Shown piece by piece: positions 51,880 through 61,099 of a stretch of DNA of 64,000 bases. The stretch covers positions 62,001 to 126,000 of the forward strand of contig LSRY02000069.1 in assembly GCA_001643675.2 (NCBI GenBank), given 5' to 3'. Source of the stretch: Monocercomonoides exilis PA203 (lineage: Eukaryota > Protista > Preaxostyla). Below the pieces are notes generated by a model, which was not told the DNA's origin, ran no database searches, and saw only the letters and a program-made list of their open reading frames with translations. Made by a program: the position numbers and the translations under genes. Numbering within the stretch: the stretch's first letter is position 1; each line of letters starts with the position of its first letter.

Positions 51880-54270
51880 CCATTCCCAGTTGTCCAGCAC
51901 CATCTCATCGTCTTAACAATCTCATATTTCCAAGACTGCGATAGAGGCTCTCTCCGGTCAGCTTCAACGCAAATATCCGGAAGCTGTTTCTGCCCAGAAG
52001 TTGTTCAGTAGAAACACCAGAAGCATTGATGCATCTGCACACCTCTTCTCCGACTTTATTCCCTCAAATTACGAAAAATCACTTTTATCTCTTCTCTGAC
52101 ACCCCTTCAATCACCTTCCAGCTGTAACAAAAACAAAAATTCACATTAAATTAACTCCTCCCTCACAAATTCCCCAAACGGCTTCATCTCTGTAAAGTTC
52201 TTCCGGAACAGCTCCCCACCACGTATCATCGCACACGACACTGCTTCACTCTTCTTTTGCTCTAAATGCTTCTCCTGCAGCCATATATACACAAAGCCCT
52301 CAAACATTTGACTCTACACACCCGCTCCAACCAAAGACTGCCCCACCCTGGTCTGCCGCTATCTTGTCCCTATTTACTCCACTGATTATCGATAGCTTCC
52401 GCACCAGCAATAGCTGAAGCCATTCCTTCATTATCATCTTCAACCGCTGCATTGGTGCAGGCCACTGTCTTGTGGACTGAATCCGAAGCGCATGCGCCAT
52501 TTCGTACTCCACTTACACCATCGACATTGACACTGTTCACACAAGCCGCAACATCTCCATCAACCCCATCAGCAAAGGTCCAGTTCCTGCTCCTATTTCC
52601 TCTGCCGCTTTTTCCCTTCTCCCACTAAAGTTCGACAACTCCACCTGCTCTTCCAACTCCTTTGCCTGTTCAGCCCGTCGTTGCACAGTCTCTTCAATCA
52701 TCGCATTCATTTTCTTCTGCTCCTTCTTCAATTGTGCAAACATCGTCTGCAGCTTCTCGGTTATCTATTGAACAGCGCCTTCTGCATGTGTTTCTTCTTT
52801 TCCTGCACTTTCGTCAACGCCATTCTTTTCATTTCTTTTTCTGATCCCAGATCTCGATCCCTCACTTCCACCGCAGCCAAAATTCTTTCCACCCACCGTT
52901 ATCTGCTTCCCACAACACTCATCCCACTCCCAACTTTCACTTCACCTACCTTCCAATTCAAGTTTGGTAATAGCTTTGCAATGCTGCATTTTTTGATGAT
53001 TGCTGCAAGCTTCTCATAACGCTTTTCACAAAACCCAGAAGGCAGAATCAACAAAGAAGAAAACGGAATCATCCCTCTTTCCGCTGAGGCCAACTAAGAA
53101 GGCGTGGCAAGCGTTACCACCGATACATCAGTTTCCGCTTGTCATCCACACTCACCACCCCACTCTGCTGCTTCTGCTGCTTCTTAACCTTCTCAATCCC
53201 CACATCAGTCAACTCTACCTTCTCCTTTATGGCCACCAGCTGCTCCTGCAGATCCTTTACTTCCTTCACCTTTGTGTTGTATTTTTCACTCAGCTCCAGA
53301 ATCTTCCTCTGCTGCATCCAAATGATCTTGTCTTTCTCGTCCAACAGCTCCACTAGAACGCTCGTCCGCTTCAATATCCGCTCCTTGCCTCGGATCTTCA
53401 GCAACATTTTGTTGAACTCCTGAAACTTCATCTCCTTCTCCGTCTCTGTCTCTGTTTCCTCCTCCTTCTTCTCCTACTTCCTCATCTCTTCTCGATCCTC
53501 CAGAACTGCCAGCGCAATCTCTGCTGGTGACAGAACCACATGCTCCATCCTCAGCCCCGCTGCCGACAGCCCCTTCTCCACAATCTCCCCTTCTTCTCAC
53601 ACTTCATCCTCTCTCTCCATCACTTCACCACCACAAGCCTCGACTGTTGTGATCTCCATATCTGCAGCGACGGGTAAAACAGATCGTAGATCGACGGGAA
53701 CGCATTCACGTCTGCCGCTGCAAAGATCCGCTTGTTTCCCGATTTCGTGCCCACCGATGCTGCAAGCAACGGAAGCAGCTCCACCAGCGGAACAGAAAGC
53801 ATCGCCAAAAGCGCAACATCGTAGGCACACACAACACACCCATACAGCACTTTCCGCCGAGCCACAGCATATCCCCACAGCGTCTGTTGCTCCCTCAGTA
53901 ACGAATATCTGTGATTTTCATACACCCCAGCCACCTCTAGAAGTCGTCCATCGCTCCAGCCGACGAGTTTGACGCCGCCACCGCAGAGGCATCCGAAGGT
54001 TCAATCGCAGTTGCTGATGATGGCTTATCGTCTTCTGCTGCCTTCTTCTCTTCGCTTCTCCGCATCCGGAATGGCGAAGTTGATCGGCGTGCTGCTCCAG
54101 TTGAAGAAGAAGATGAGGAAAAAAAATAATTATAAATGTGCGGAGCGAAGCGAAGACTGCTGCGAAGGATCAACATCGAGGAGCTTTTTCAGATACCCCA
54201 AAACGTCTATCGGTAGCTTTTCCGATAAGAAAAACACAGCATTCACATCAGGATCAGAAATATAGTTCAT
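51880..54270 (-). pseudogene. Frameshifted pseudogene of a large coiled-coil protein
   Basis: ATG at 54270 (MNYISDPDVNAVFFLSEKLP...) meets an early TAA. Successive protein-like ORFs lie in different frames (53937-54176, 53620-53934, 53114-53431, 52899-53093, 52537-52743, 52300-52512) with no AT-rich introns between them. Confidence 0.6.
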
Positions 54271-55310
54271 CGGCCAATTCTCACCGTTTTCGAGCGATAT
54301 AAACTTTTTAACAATAACTTCTCCTTACAATGTCTAAAAGAGGAAAAAAAAAGATGAGCAAAAAGAAAAATAGAAAATAACATAGACAAAAAACGTGATT
54401 CGTCATTTGATTCAAAAAATGATAAATATCATTTTGAGTTTTTGATTTCAAGCCTTTTGATGTTGAAATTGCAGGTAATATAAAATCTTTTAAAAACATA
54501 TGTAATCAATTATTTTGTTCAAATTCTTGAATATAGTTTTTCATTCATGAGTATTATAACATCAAAATTTTCATGTTCATTAACTTTCAAAAAATCATAC
54601 AAGATATACGACTTTTAACCTTTTTGTTTTTTCAACTCATTGAAATGTTGAAATGTTAATAAACGTTCAAAAAATCAAAATGTCTATTCAAATGGATGAA
54701 ACAAAAAAGCAAATATTAATGGAAATAATTGTATCCCACAAATAACAACTAATAAATTGATTTTAAAATCAATAATGAATAGTTTGTTAAAAATTTCTGT
54801 GAAGTCGATTTTACAGTCAAAACAAGATATAATCACATCGGGTTTTACACAACTTGTTGTGACTATATCCGATTGTGATTTGACACGATGATGCTTAACA
54901 CAGAAAAAAATAAAAATTAACTTTTGAAACAATTAATTCTGGGTCAATTTTTTAATTCTTGGAAATTCTTCACAAAAACACATTTTTCAATAGAAATAAC
55001 AATTTTTTTGTTTTATTATGTTATTTCGTTAGAGAACTAATTAATATAACTCCTCTTTCTATTTGGGGATAGAGCTCCGTTTTATGGGCTCAGCCGATCA
55101 ATGTGACGTGAAATTTGTGGTGTTTGCTGATGTGATGAAAAAGTAAAAAAGAATAAAAAAGTTTGCGTCCAATAACAGGCTGTGCAAATTTGCACTGAGG
55201 AGTTATATCTTTCTTTTATAACGACAAAACACGAAGACCTTCAAAATGCAAGAAAAGGTTTTATTAACTGTAAGTTCCATGGGTGGGAAAAGCTTCGCTT
55301 TGTGGAGGGA

Positions 55311-55411
55311 AAAGAGGAGTTGTGTATTAATTAGTTCTCTAACGAATTAAAAAGCATTAGCTTCTTAATTCTCGAGAACTAATGAAAATACAACTCCTCT
55401 TTCTATTTGGG
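55311..55411. repeat. DIRS internal complementary region (ICR)
   Basis: 55311-55346 is nearly complementary to the terminus 55025-55058, and 55346-55411 is nearly complementary to 59953-60018. Together they spell the circle junction ...CTCTAACGAATTAAAAAGC... Confidence 0.9.
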
Positions 55412-55417
55412 ATATCA

Positions 55418-58400
55418 TTAATTGGGCATGTTTTGTGTCTCCTGTTCCATTAATATTGCGTAGGCTCTTGTAACCACTCTCTCTGTTCGTGTGCAAATAT
55501 TTCTTGATTTCTTGACAGTTGAATGGGAACATGATCGCTTCGAATCCTCTTCCTGATCTATACAAGTGTTTTCCTTATTGTGCAGTTTATCTTCAACTTT
55601 TTTGACTTCCTCATTTTCCTTATTGATATCCTTCTCCTCTCCAACGGTCTGCGATGATTGCGACTCTTCGATGTCCATGTCAATGCTCTGTTCTGTGAGA
55701 GAGGGAAGCTGTTGTGTTGGAATGGAACAATTTGCCTGTAAAGATAGTTGAGGGGAATTGAAAGTTTGTGGTTGCGCCAGCGATAATCCAATTGAATTTG
55801 AAGGTTGCAGGCTTTGAAAATACTGAGAGGAGGGCTGAAAATTAAACGTCTGAGGTTGTTGTTGATGCAGTTGCGAAGGATGTGGTTGAGGTGAAAGGAC
55901 CATATCATGTTGAACAGGAAACACGTTTATTGCAGATTGGATTGGAGCTTGGATGTTTGCAAAAGAAGATCCTTGAGTTATTTGTGCACTCCAAGGTTGT
56001 ATTTGAGACCCCGTTTGTGGGAATGGTTGGTGCTCTGTCAGAACCTGGGCCATCGCTTGAGCAGTGTTTGTTTTGAAGTAAGAATTAGTTGGTGTGTGAG
56101 CTGTGGGAGACAATCTGGCAAAGTGTGCTACCATAACCTCCGGAACTCCAGCGGCAAGGAGAGCAGACAAAGCTGCATGCTTTATAGTGTGAGGCCGAAA
56201 CGAGGGGTTGATTCCTGCCTGCTTCATTGCCTCCTTTGCGAGTTTACGAATACCATCCTTTGACATTCTTGATCCGGTTCTCGTGTTTATTATGAACGTA
56301 TCTCTTCCTGGATACAAAACTTTAATGTGGTTCCAAAGTTCCAATACCGCACGCACTGGACAAACATCTGACTGGATCTCCTTCAGTTTAGGGACTGTGA
56401 TGAACGATCTTGCGAGTCTTGTTTTCAATTGCACTGAAAGATGAATTGCATTCTCAGAGATTATCGAATCGTTCATTGAAATGCTCGCCAGTTCTGAAAA
56501 CCTGCATGCAGTGAATAACATACACAGAGTTATTGATTTCAATGTCAGAGAGTATACGCTCAAAGTCTCGTTGGGCCACAGAGTTCGGAGATAATTGAAA
56601 AGGACCTGTGGATCCCATATTTCCTCGTACGGAGCTCTTTTCTTTTCCTTTCTCATGATAGATCGAAAGAATGTCTTTATTATCGGTACTGTTCCTAAAT
56701 CGAAAGAGAAAGCACTTCTAGTGAATAGCGACACTGCGGACCTTGTTTGCTTTAAGCACTGAGGAGGAAAACCCTCATTATCTAAGCATATGAAAGTGTC
56801 CAAGCACTTCCTCACCCAAATCACAGGATCTGACGGTAACTCCCCCATATTCCCCTTGATCCAAGCGTTTGCGAAATGTGCGAATCCAAATGTGTATGTT
56901 GTCCATGTTGACGTGGCAACACTATTTTTAATGTGTATTATCATGCTGTCCGGAACATTTAGTTTTCGTAGGCCGTGCTCAAACCACTGTTCACCCGCCT
57001 TCTTGACTAGGGAAAGCTTATTGCCAGGTAACCTCCTGAAGGAAGCGCTGCTCCTCTCGCCTTCAAACCCTGCCCTGGTAGTAATATCATTCGTGAACAT
57101 CTCCATCTCATGAATCGTCTTTTCCACAGTTGAAGTGTCTGGCTCCAAATCTGATTCGTCCAATCCGGTATCAGAAGAATCATCTTCGCTCTCTCCTTCA
57201 ACGCTTTCCTCATCGTCTGAAGGATCAGTGGAATTGGCGGATGGGCAAGAACCACCTCGCCCTTCCACGGATAGCTCAGACCGTCCTGACATAATCTGCT
57301 GCCTGGCCCGCACCACCGTTGCAGCTTTCTGTTCTTTGCACTGGCAAACGCATCTAGAGTCGGTTTGATCCTGAGGTAGTTGAGTGCCATCTGAAGAGCC
57401 TGATTTTTGATTTCGTAATCTCCCGACTGCTCGAGTCTTGACAGGGCATCTGCCTCCACATTTCTTTTTCCTGCAATATGAACTGCTTTGACCTGGATTC
57501 CCTGACTCTCCACAAGTTTCCTGATCTCTTTCAATAGAGGTCGCAGATTCTTTCCTGCTCCCCATCTGTTTATGTTGTAAACTACAGATGTGTTGTCCGA
57601 GCATATCAACACCTTCCTTTCCGACAGTTTTGCGATATCCTGAGAAAACCTTGCTAGCGCAATCTTGACTGCAAGTAATTCCCTGAAGTTTGACGTTTGA
57701 TTTTGAGCAACTCTGTTCAAAGGGACGTGAAAAATCTTCTTGAGTTGTCCTGATATCTTTACACTTCCTCCGCATGCCCATGGCGAGGCATCTGTTGTGA
57801 TCGTCACCTGAGGGGAGCCAAAGGATTGAAGCGTTCTTTGTTTTCTCTTCCTGACTTCGCTTATCCAGAATGTCAATTCTGGAATGATTCCATAATGAAG
57901 TCGACATAGTCCGTTCCATCCATTGATGTTGACATTCTTCATTAGGCATTGATAAAGGTTTGTCATGTGTAATGATGCATCTGTGTGGACAAATCTGGCA
58001 GCGCTTATTTGTCCCACAATTGAAGCAAATTTTTTGACTGAGATTGGACGCCTCTTCATTGTGTTTATTAGTACCATGTAACACTTCTGAACAATGGAGG
58101 CAATTCTCTCTTCGTTCAGAGCCACTGTCGACTGAATCGAATCCCATTTCCATCCCAGAAAGTTGAATCTTTGTTTTGCCTGAAGTTCGCTTTTCTCCTT
58201 GTTGACCATCAGACCAAGTTGGGAGAACCAATCCATAACCTCCTTTGTTATTTGCTCCAGCTTCTGTTTGTCCTTGTGAAGAAAGAGGACATCGTCCAGA
58301 TAAGAGATGCAACGAACTTTCCATTTCATTCTCACCAGCTTTATTATTGAACGCATGATCTTCGTAAAGATTCTTGGGGCATCCTTCATTCCAAATGGAA

Positions 58401-58825
58401 GGCATTGAAACGCTATTGTTTCTTGATGAAATTTGAAAGCCAAAAACGGGATGAAATCTTCGCGAACAGGGATTAAGAAATATGCTTGAGAGAGATCCAA
58501 TGAGGTTGCAAAATCTCCCTTTTCCATCAACTTTTCCACAGTTCTGTGATCCTCCAGCTTGAACTTGATTGATTTCAGGGCTTTGTTCAGAGGTCTGCAG
58601 TCCAATATTTGTCTCCATTTCCAGTTCTTCTTCTTTACGAAAAACAGTTTGCTCAGGCTTTTTGCATCTTCGAACTTGATCCTCTTCAATATTCCACAAT
58701 CCAGTGCTTCCGTTATCCACTTCTCGCACTCCCTCTCCTGCTCCTGGGATCCAATAAAACCATGTCCTGCTTTGACTTCCTTTTTCAGCTTGTCTCGTGC
58801 CTCTCTGCTTCTCCAAACAGGACAA
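55418..58825 (-). CDS. DIRS tyrosine recombinase ORF; its N-terminal 600 codons overlap pol, and the frame is open from 59101
   Basis: C-terminal half has a phage-integrase-type fold: TWTTY, LFTACRFSEL (Arg), LKT (Lys), VCPVRAV, PHTIKHA, TNSYFK (Tyr); Q/P/S-rich tail. Confidence 0.9.
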   Translation of the reverse strand: MSCLEKQRGTRQAEKGSQSRTWFYWIPGAGEGVREVDNGSTGLWNIEEDQVRRCKKPEQTVFRKEEELEMETNIGLQTSEQSPEINQVQAGGSQNCGKVDGKGRFCNLIGSLSSIFLNPCSRRFHPVFGFQISSRNNSVSMPSIWNEGCPKNLYEDHAFNNKAGENEMESSLHLLSGRCPLSSQGQTEAGANNKGGYGLVLPTWSDGQQGEKRTSGKTKIQLSGMEMGFDSVDSGSERRENCLHCSEVLHGTNKHNEEASNLSQKICFNCGTNKRCQICPHRCIITHDKPLSMPNEECQHQWMERTMSTSLWNHSRIDILDKRSQEEKTKNASILWLPSGDDHNRCLAMGMRRKCKDIRTTQEDFSRPFEQSCSKSNVKLQGITCSQDCASKVFSGYRKTVGKEGVDMLGQHICSLQHKQMGSRKESATSIERDQETCGESGNPGQSSSYCRKKKCGGRCPVKTRAVGRLRNQKSGSSDGTQLPQDQTDSRCVCQCKEQKAATVVRARQQIMSGRSELSVEGRGGSCPSANSTDPSDDEESVEGESEDDSSDTGLDESDLEPDTSTVEKTIHEMEMFTNDITTRAGFEGERSSASFRRLPGNKLSLVKKAGEQWFEHGLRKLNVPDSMIIHIKNSVATSTWTTYTFGFAHFANAWIKGNMGELPSDPVIWVRKCLDTFICLDNEGFPPQCLKQTRSAVSLFTRSAFSFDLGTVPIIKTFFRSIMRKEKKRAPYEEIWDPQVLFNYLRTLWPNETLSVYSLTLKSITLCMLFTACRFSELASISMNDSIISENAIHLSVQLKTRLARSFITVPKLKEIQSDVCPVRAVLELWNHIKVLYPGRDTFIINTRTGSRMSKDGIRKLAKEAMKQAGINPSFRPHTIKHAALSALLAAGVPEVMVAHFARLSPTAHTPTNSYFKTNTAQAMAQVLTEHQPFPQTGSQIQPWSAQITQGSSFANIQAPIQSAINVFPVQHDMVLSPQPHPSQLHQQQPQTFNFQPSSQYFQSLQPSNSIGLSLAQPQTFNSPQLSLQANCSIPTQQLPSLTEQSIDMDIEESQSSQTVGEEKDINKENEEVKKVEDKLHNKENTCIDQEEDSKRSCSHSTVKKSRNICTRTERVVTRAYAILMEQETQNMPN

Positions 58826-58932
58826 GCTCCCTTCTCTATAATTCTCCTGGTCCCTATTTCGGACCAGTTCTTGAGAAAGAGTCTTGTTCTTCCTCCAACT
58901 TTCTTCGAGGATCCCATTGGTTGGAGCTCCAA
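57007..58932 (-). CDS. DIRS Pol: reverse transcriptase, RNase H and DNA adenine methyltransferase-like domain; frame open from 59022
   Basis: RQILDCRPLN, SLDLSQAY, LPFGMKDAPRIFTK, YLDD; RNase H TTDAS, RELLAV, SDN, NVEADALSR; MT-like LDAFAS...W...LAHPPIPLI. Confidence 0.95.
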   Translation of the reverse strand: MELQPMGSSKKVGGRTRLFLKNWSEIGTRRIIEKGACPVWRSREARDKLKKEVKAGHGFIGSQEQERECEKWITEALDCGILKRIKFEDAKSLSKLFFVKKKNWKWRQILDCRPLNKALKSIKFKLEDHRTVEKLMEKGDFATSLDLSQAYFLIPVREDFIPFLAFKFHQETIAFQCLPFGMKDAPRIFTKIMRSIIKLVRMKWKVRCISYLDDVLFLHKDKQKLEQITKEVMDWFSQLGLMVNKEKSELQAKQRFNFLGWKWDSIQSTVALNEERIASIVQKCYMVLINTMKRRPISVKKFASIVGQISAARFVHTDASLHMTNLYQCLMKNVNINGWNGLCRLHYGIIPELTFWISEVRKRKQRTLQSFGSPQVTITTDASPWACGGSVKISGQLKKIFHVPLNRVAQNQTSNFRELLAVKIALARFSQDIAKLSERKVLICSDNTSVVYNINRWGAGKNLRPLLKEIRKLVESQGIQVKAVHIAGKRNVEADALSRLEQSGDYEIKNQALQMALNYLRIKPTLDAFASAKNRKLQRWCGPGSRLCQDGLSYPWKGEVVLAHPPIPLILQTMRKALKERAKMILLIPDWTNQIWSQTLQLWKRRFMRWRCSRMILLPGQGLKARGAALPSGGYLAISFP

Positions 58933-59906
58933 GTTCTGCTGGTTCTCTGGGAGCTTCTTCTGCTGTTTGAACTGAATTTTCTTCTTGTAAATGGGATCCT
59001 TCTTGTCCGAAAAAACTGGTTTTTAAGAGAGAATGTATTTGTGAACGGTCTGATCCATCCCTGCGATCGAGGAAGCAATTTTTGTTTCGGCTCAGCGATC
59101 TTCAACGTTTCAAGTTGCCTCTTGGAAAGCAATTGGTCTCCATCTTCTTCTTTTAATGTTCTTGCGGCTCTGAACCCATAAACTGCTTGGATCCTTTGTG
59201 TTCTCGCTTCCTGGAGTGCTTTAACCATCATAAAGAAAGAATCAGCCAAAACTGCACTTGGGTCCAATCCCTTATCTACCATATCTTTTCCAATTATAAG
59301 CGCTTTTATTGCCAATATCAATTTTTCTTCGATTTTGAATCCATTTTGTTCTAGAGCGTCGTAGCACCAATTTGATGTTCTTTGAATTGGGTGGATAGCC
59401 TCTGGAATGAACGGAGGTGCTGAGAAATTCGAGTAAATTGTGGAATTTGAGCCTGCTTGTTCAGGAAAATGCATTTCGAATATTGAATCCTTTGTTTTAT
59501 CTCCGAAAAGCGAGAAACAAATGCATTTGAAGTTCGGTTGATAATTGTCTTTCTCCATCAGGTGTTCTTGCGAAGTGTCTATCGTTTGAAGAATATTCTG
59601 CTGCTGCGTCGTTTGTGGAGAATGGATTGGGTTTTGCTCAAGTGTTGTTGGATTTGGAAATATTTGGGGATGAGAAGAGCTTGAAGATTGTTGGAAAGGT
59701 GGATGGAGCAAGTTTGTAACATTGTGATCTTCTCGGCTTGATGCGTTTTCAAGGCTCATTGCAATATTTTGTGTTGGAATAGTCGCGGCTGATGAGGAAA
59801 ATGTGCTGGAGGTGGATTGCGTAAATCCCACACTGCTCGGAGGTCCGCTGATATCCTGAGATAAGGAATTCAGACTCGACTCGAGTCCAGGCTGAAGTAC
59901 GCTCAT
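58854..59906 (-). CDS. DIRS Gag-like ORF1
   Basis: 350 aa ATG-initiated ORF starting 11 nt inside the 5' ITR and lying upstream of pol; helical core and Arg/Ser-rich basic C-terminus. Confidence 0.8.
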   Translation of the reverse strand: MSVLQPGLESSLNSLSQDISGPPSSVGFTQSTSSTFSSSAATIPTQNIAMSLENASSREDHNVTNLLHPPFQQSSSSSHPQIFPNPTTLEQNPIHSPQTTQQQNILQTIDTSQEHLMEKDNYQPNFKCICFSLFGDKTKDSIFEMHFPEQAGSNSTIYSNFSAPPFIPEAIHPIQRTSNWCYDALEQNGFKIEEKLILAIKALIIGKDMVDKGLDPSAVLADSFFMMVKALQEARTQRIQAVYGFRAARTLKEEDGDQLLSKRQLETLKIAEPKQKLLPRSQGWIRPFTNTFSLKNQFFRTRRIPFTRRKFSSNSRRSSQRTSRTWSSNQWDPRRKLEEEQDSFSRTGPK

Positions 59907-61099
59907 TGTTTATAATTATTGATCGGCTGAGCCCATAAAACGGAGCTCTATCCCCAAATAGAAAGAGGAGTTGTATTTTCATTCGTTCTCGAGAATTAAG
60001 AAGCTAATGCTTTTTAATCAGACTTATTAAAACTTAATTTTGAAAAGCGAAAAATTGAGATCTTTGATCAAAAAATCGATTTTTCAATGAAAAAATCACC
60101 CATAATAATAAAAAATGCGATTATATATTTTCAGCCCTGTGATTATATGAGATGGAAAATGAATGAAAAATAGGTTAAAAATGACGGAACATTGAAAAAT
60201 GTGACTATAAACGAATGTGATTATATCCGACGTGATTATATCCGGTTTTAACAGTATTAAAACAATATATGGGCGATTCTTTTTGATATCCTAAAAAATT
60301 CCGACGTTTGATCATAAAAAATTTTCATTAAGGGTGGGGTTGATAAGAAATTATTTTTGTTTAATAATACAAAAATATACGTTAATATATTGTTTATATA
60401 ATTTATTTGTTGATTTTAATTTGTTTCCAATTGTTTTTATTTCATATTTTGAAAAAAAATATAAAAAATCATACAAAAAAATCGATAATTCAATAAACAC
60501 AACAAAACAAAAGTTCACTGGTTCAAAAAGCATGATAACTATAATCACAATACGTAATCAATCAATGTCTAAAGCAAAAAACTGTTAAATAAAGTTGTTG
60601 CAAAGAAATTTTTATATAAATATTGAAGATCTTAAAATATTCGTTGAAATTTAACAATTCACATTAACATTAACGCAAAAATATAGCAGTATAACAAGAT
60701 ATTTATCAGATACACAACAATTTGTAGTTGACATTTGCTTGGAAATAAATAATACTTTTAAGAAGTTATTTTAATAAATTGATCAAAGTTTTTTAAAAAA
60801 TTTACAAAGAAATAATGAATAAATGAAAATAAATACGAGAATTTCTGCTTTTTTCACTTAAAAAGCTCGTAACTTTTATGATCTCATCTTTTTTATCATC
60901 TGTTTTTCTTTTTAGCATTGCCTAATTTGCTTGGTGAACATTCCATTCAATTATTTTTCTGAATATATTTCTCTGTGCTATTTCTTCCTCTTCGAAAATC
61001 ACTTTTAAAGCTGGACAGATATGTGAATAATTTTTTTTGCATTTTTCAACAGCCCTGCATGGTTCAGTTTCAACCTTGATTTGAGGATGCAAAAATGAC

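Larger units (their letters stand above)
55025..60018 (-). mobile_element. Intact DIRS1-type tyrosine-recombinase retrotransposon (about 4994 bp)
   Basis: gag-like, RT-RNaseH-MT and YR ORFs; 55 bp perfect inverted repeat at 55048-55102 and 59918-59972; internal complementary region at 55311-55411; no TSD. Confidence 0.95.
54814..60254. mobile_element. Tc1/mariner-pogo-like MITE (about 450 bp) split by the DIRS insertion
   Basis: TA-CAGTCAAAACAAGATATAATCACATCGG (54814-54841) matches the reverse complement of 60227-60254 (CTGTTAAAACCGGATATAATCACGTCGG) at 23/28. TA flanks both ends; subterminal GTGA(C/T)TATATCCG repeats occur on both sides. Confidence 0.65.

Noticed and set aside
43500-54300. 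Stop-codon reassignment (TAA/TAG = Gln) as the cause of broken ORFs
   Set aside because: Intact genes in the window end in TAA, TAG or TGA and have long ORFs in the standard code; the broken region also has TGA stops and frameshifts.
58559-59181. Plus-strand ORFs antisense to the DIRS gag/pol junction
   Set aside because: No ATG-led protein-like sequence; explained by the constraint on the multi-coded sense strand.
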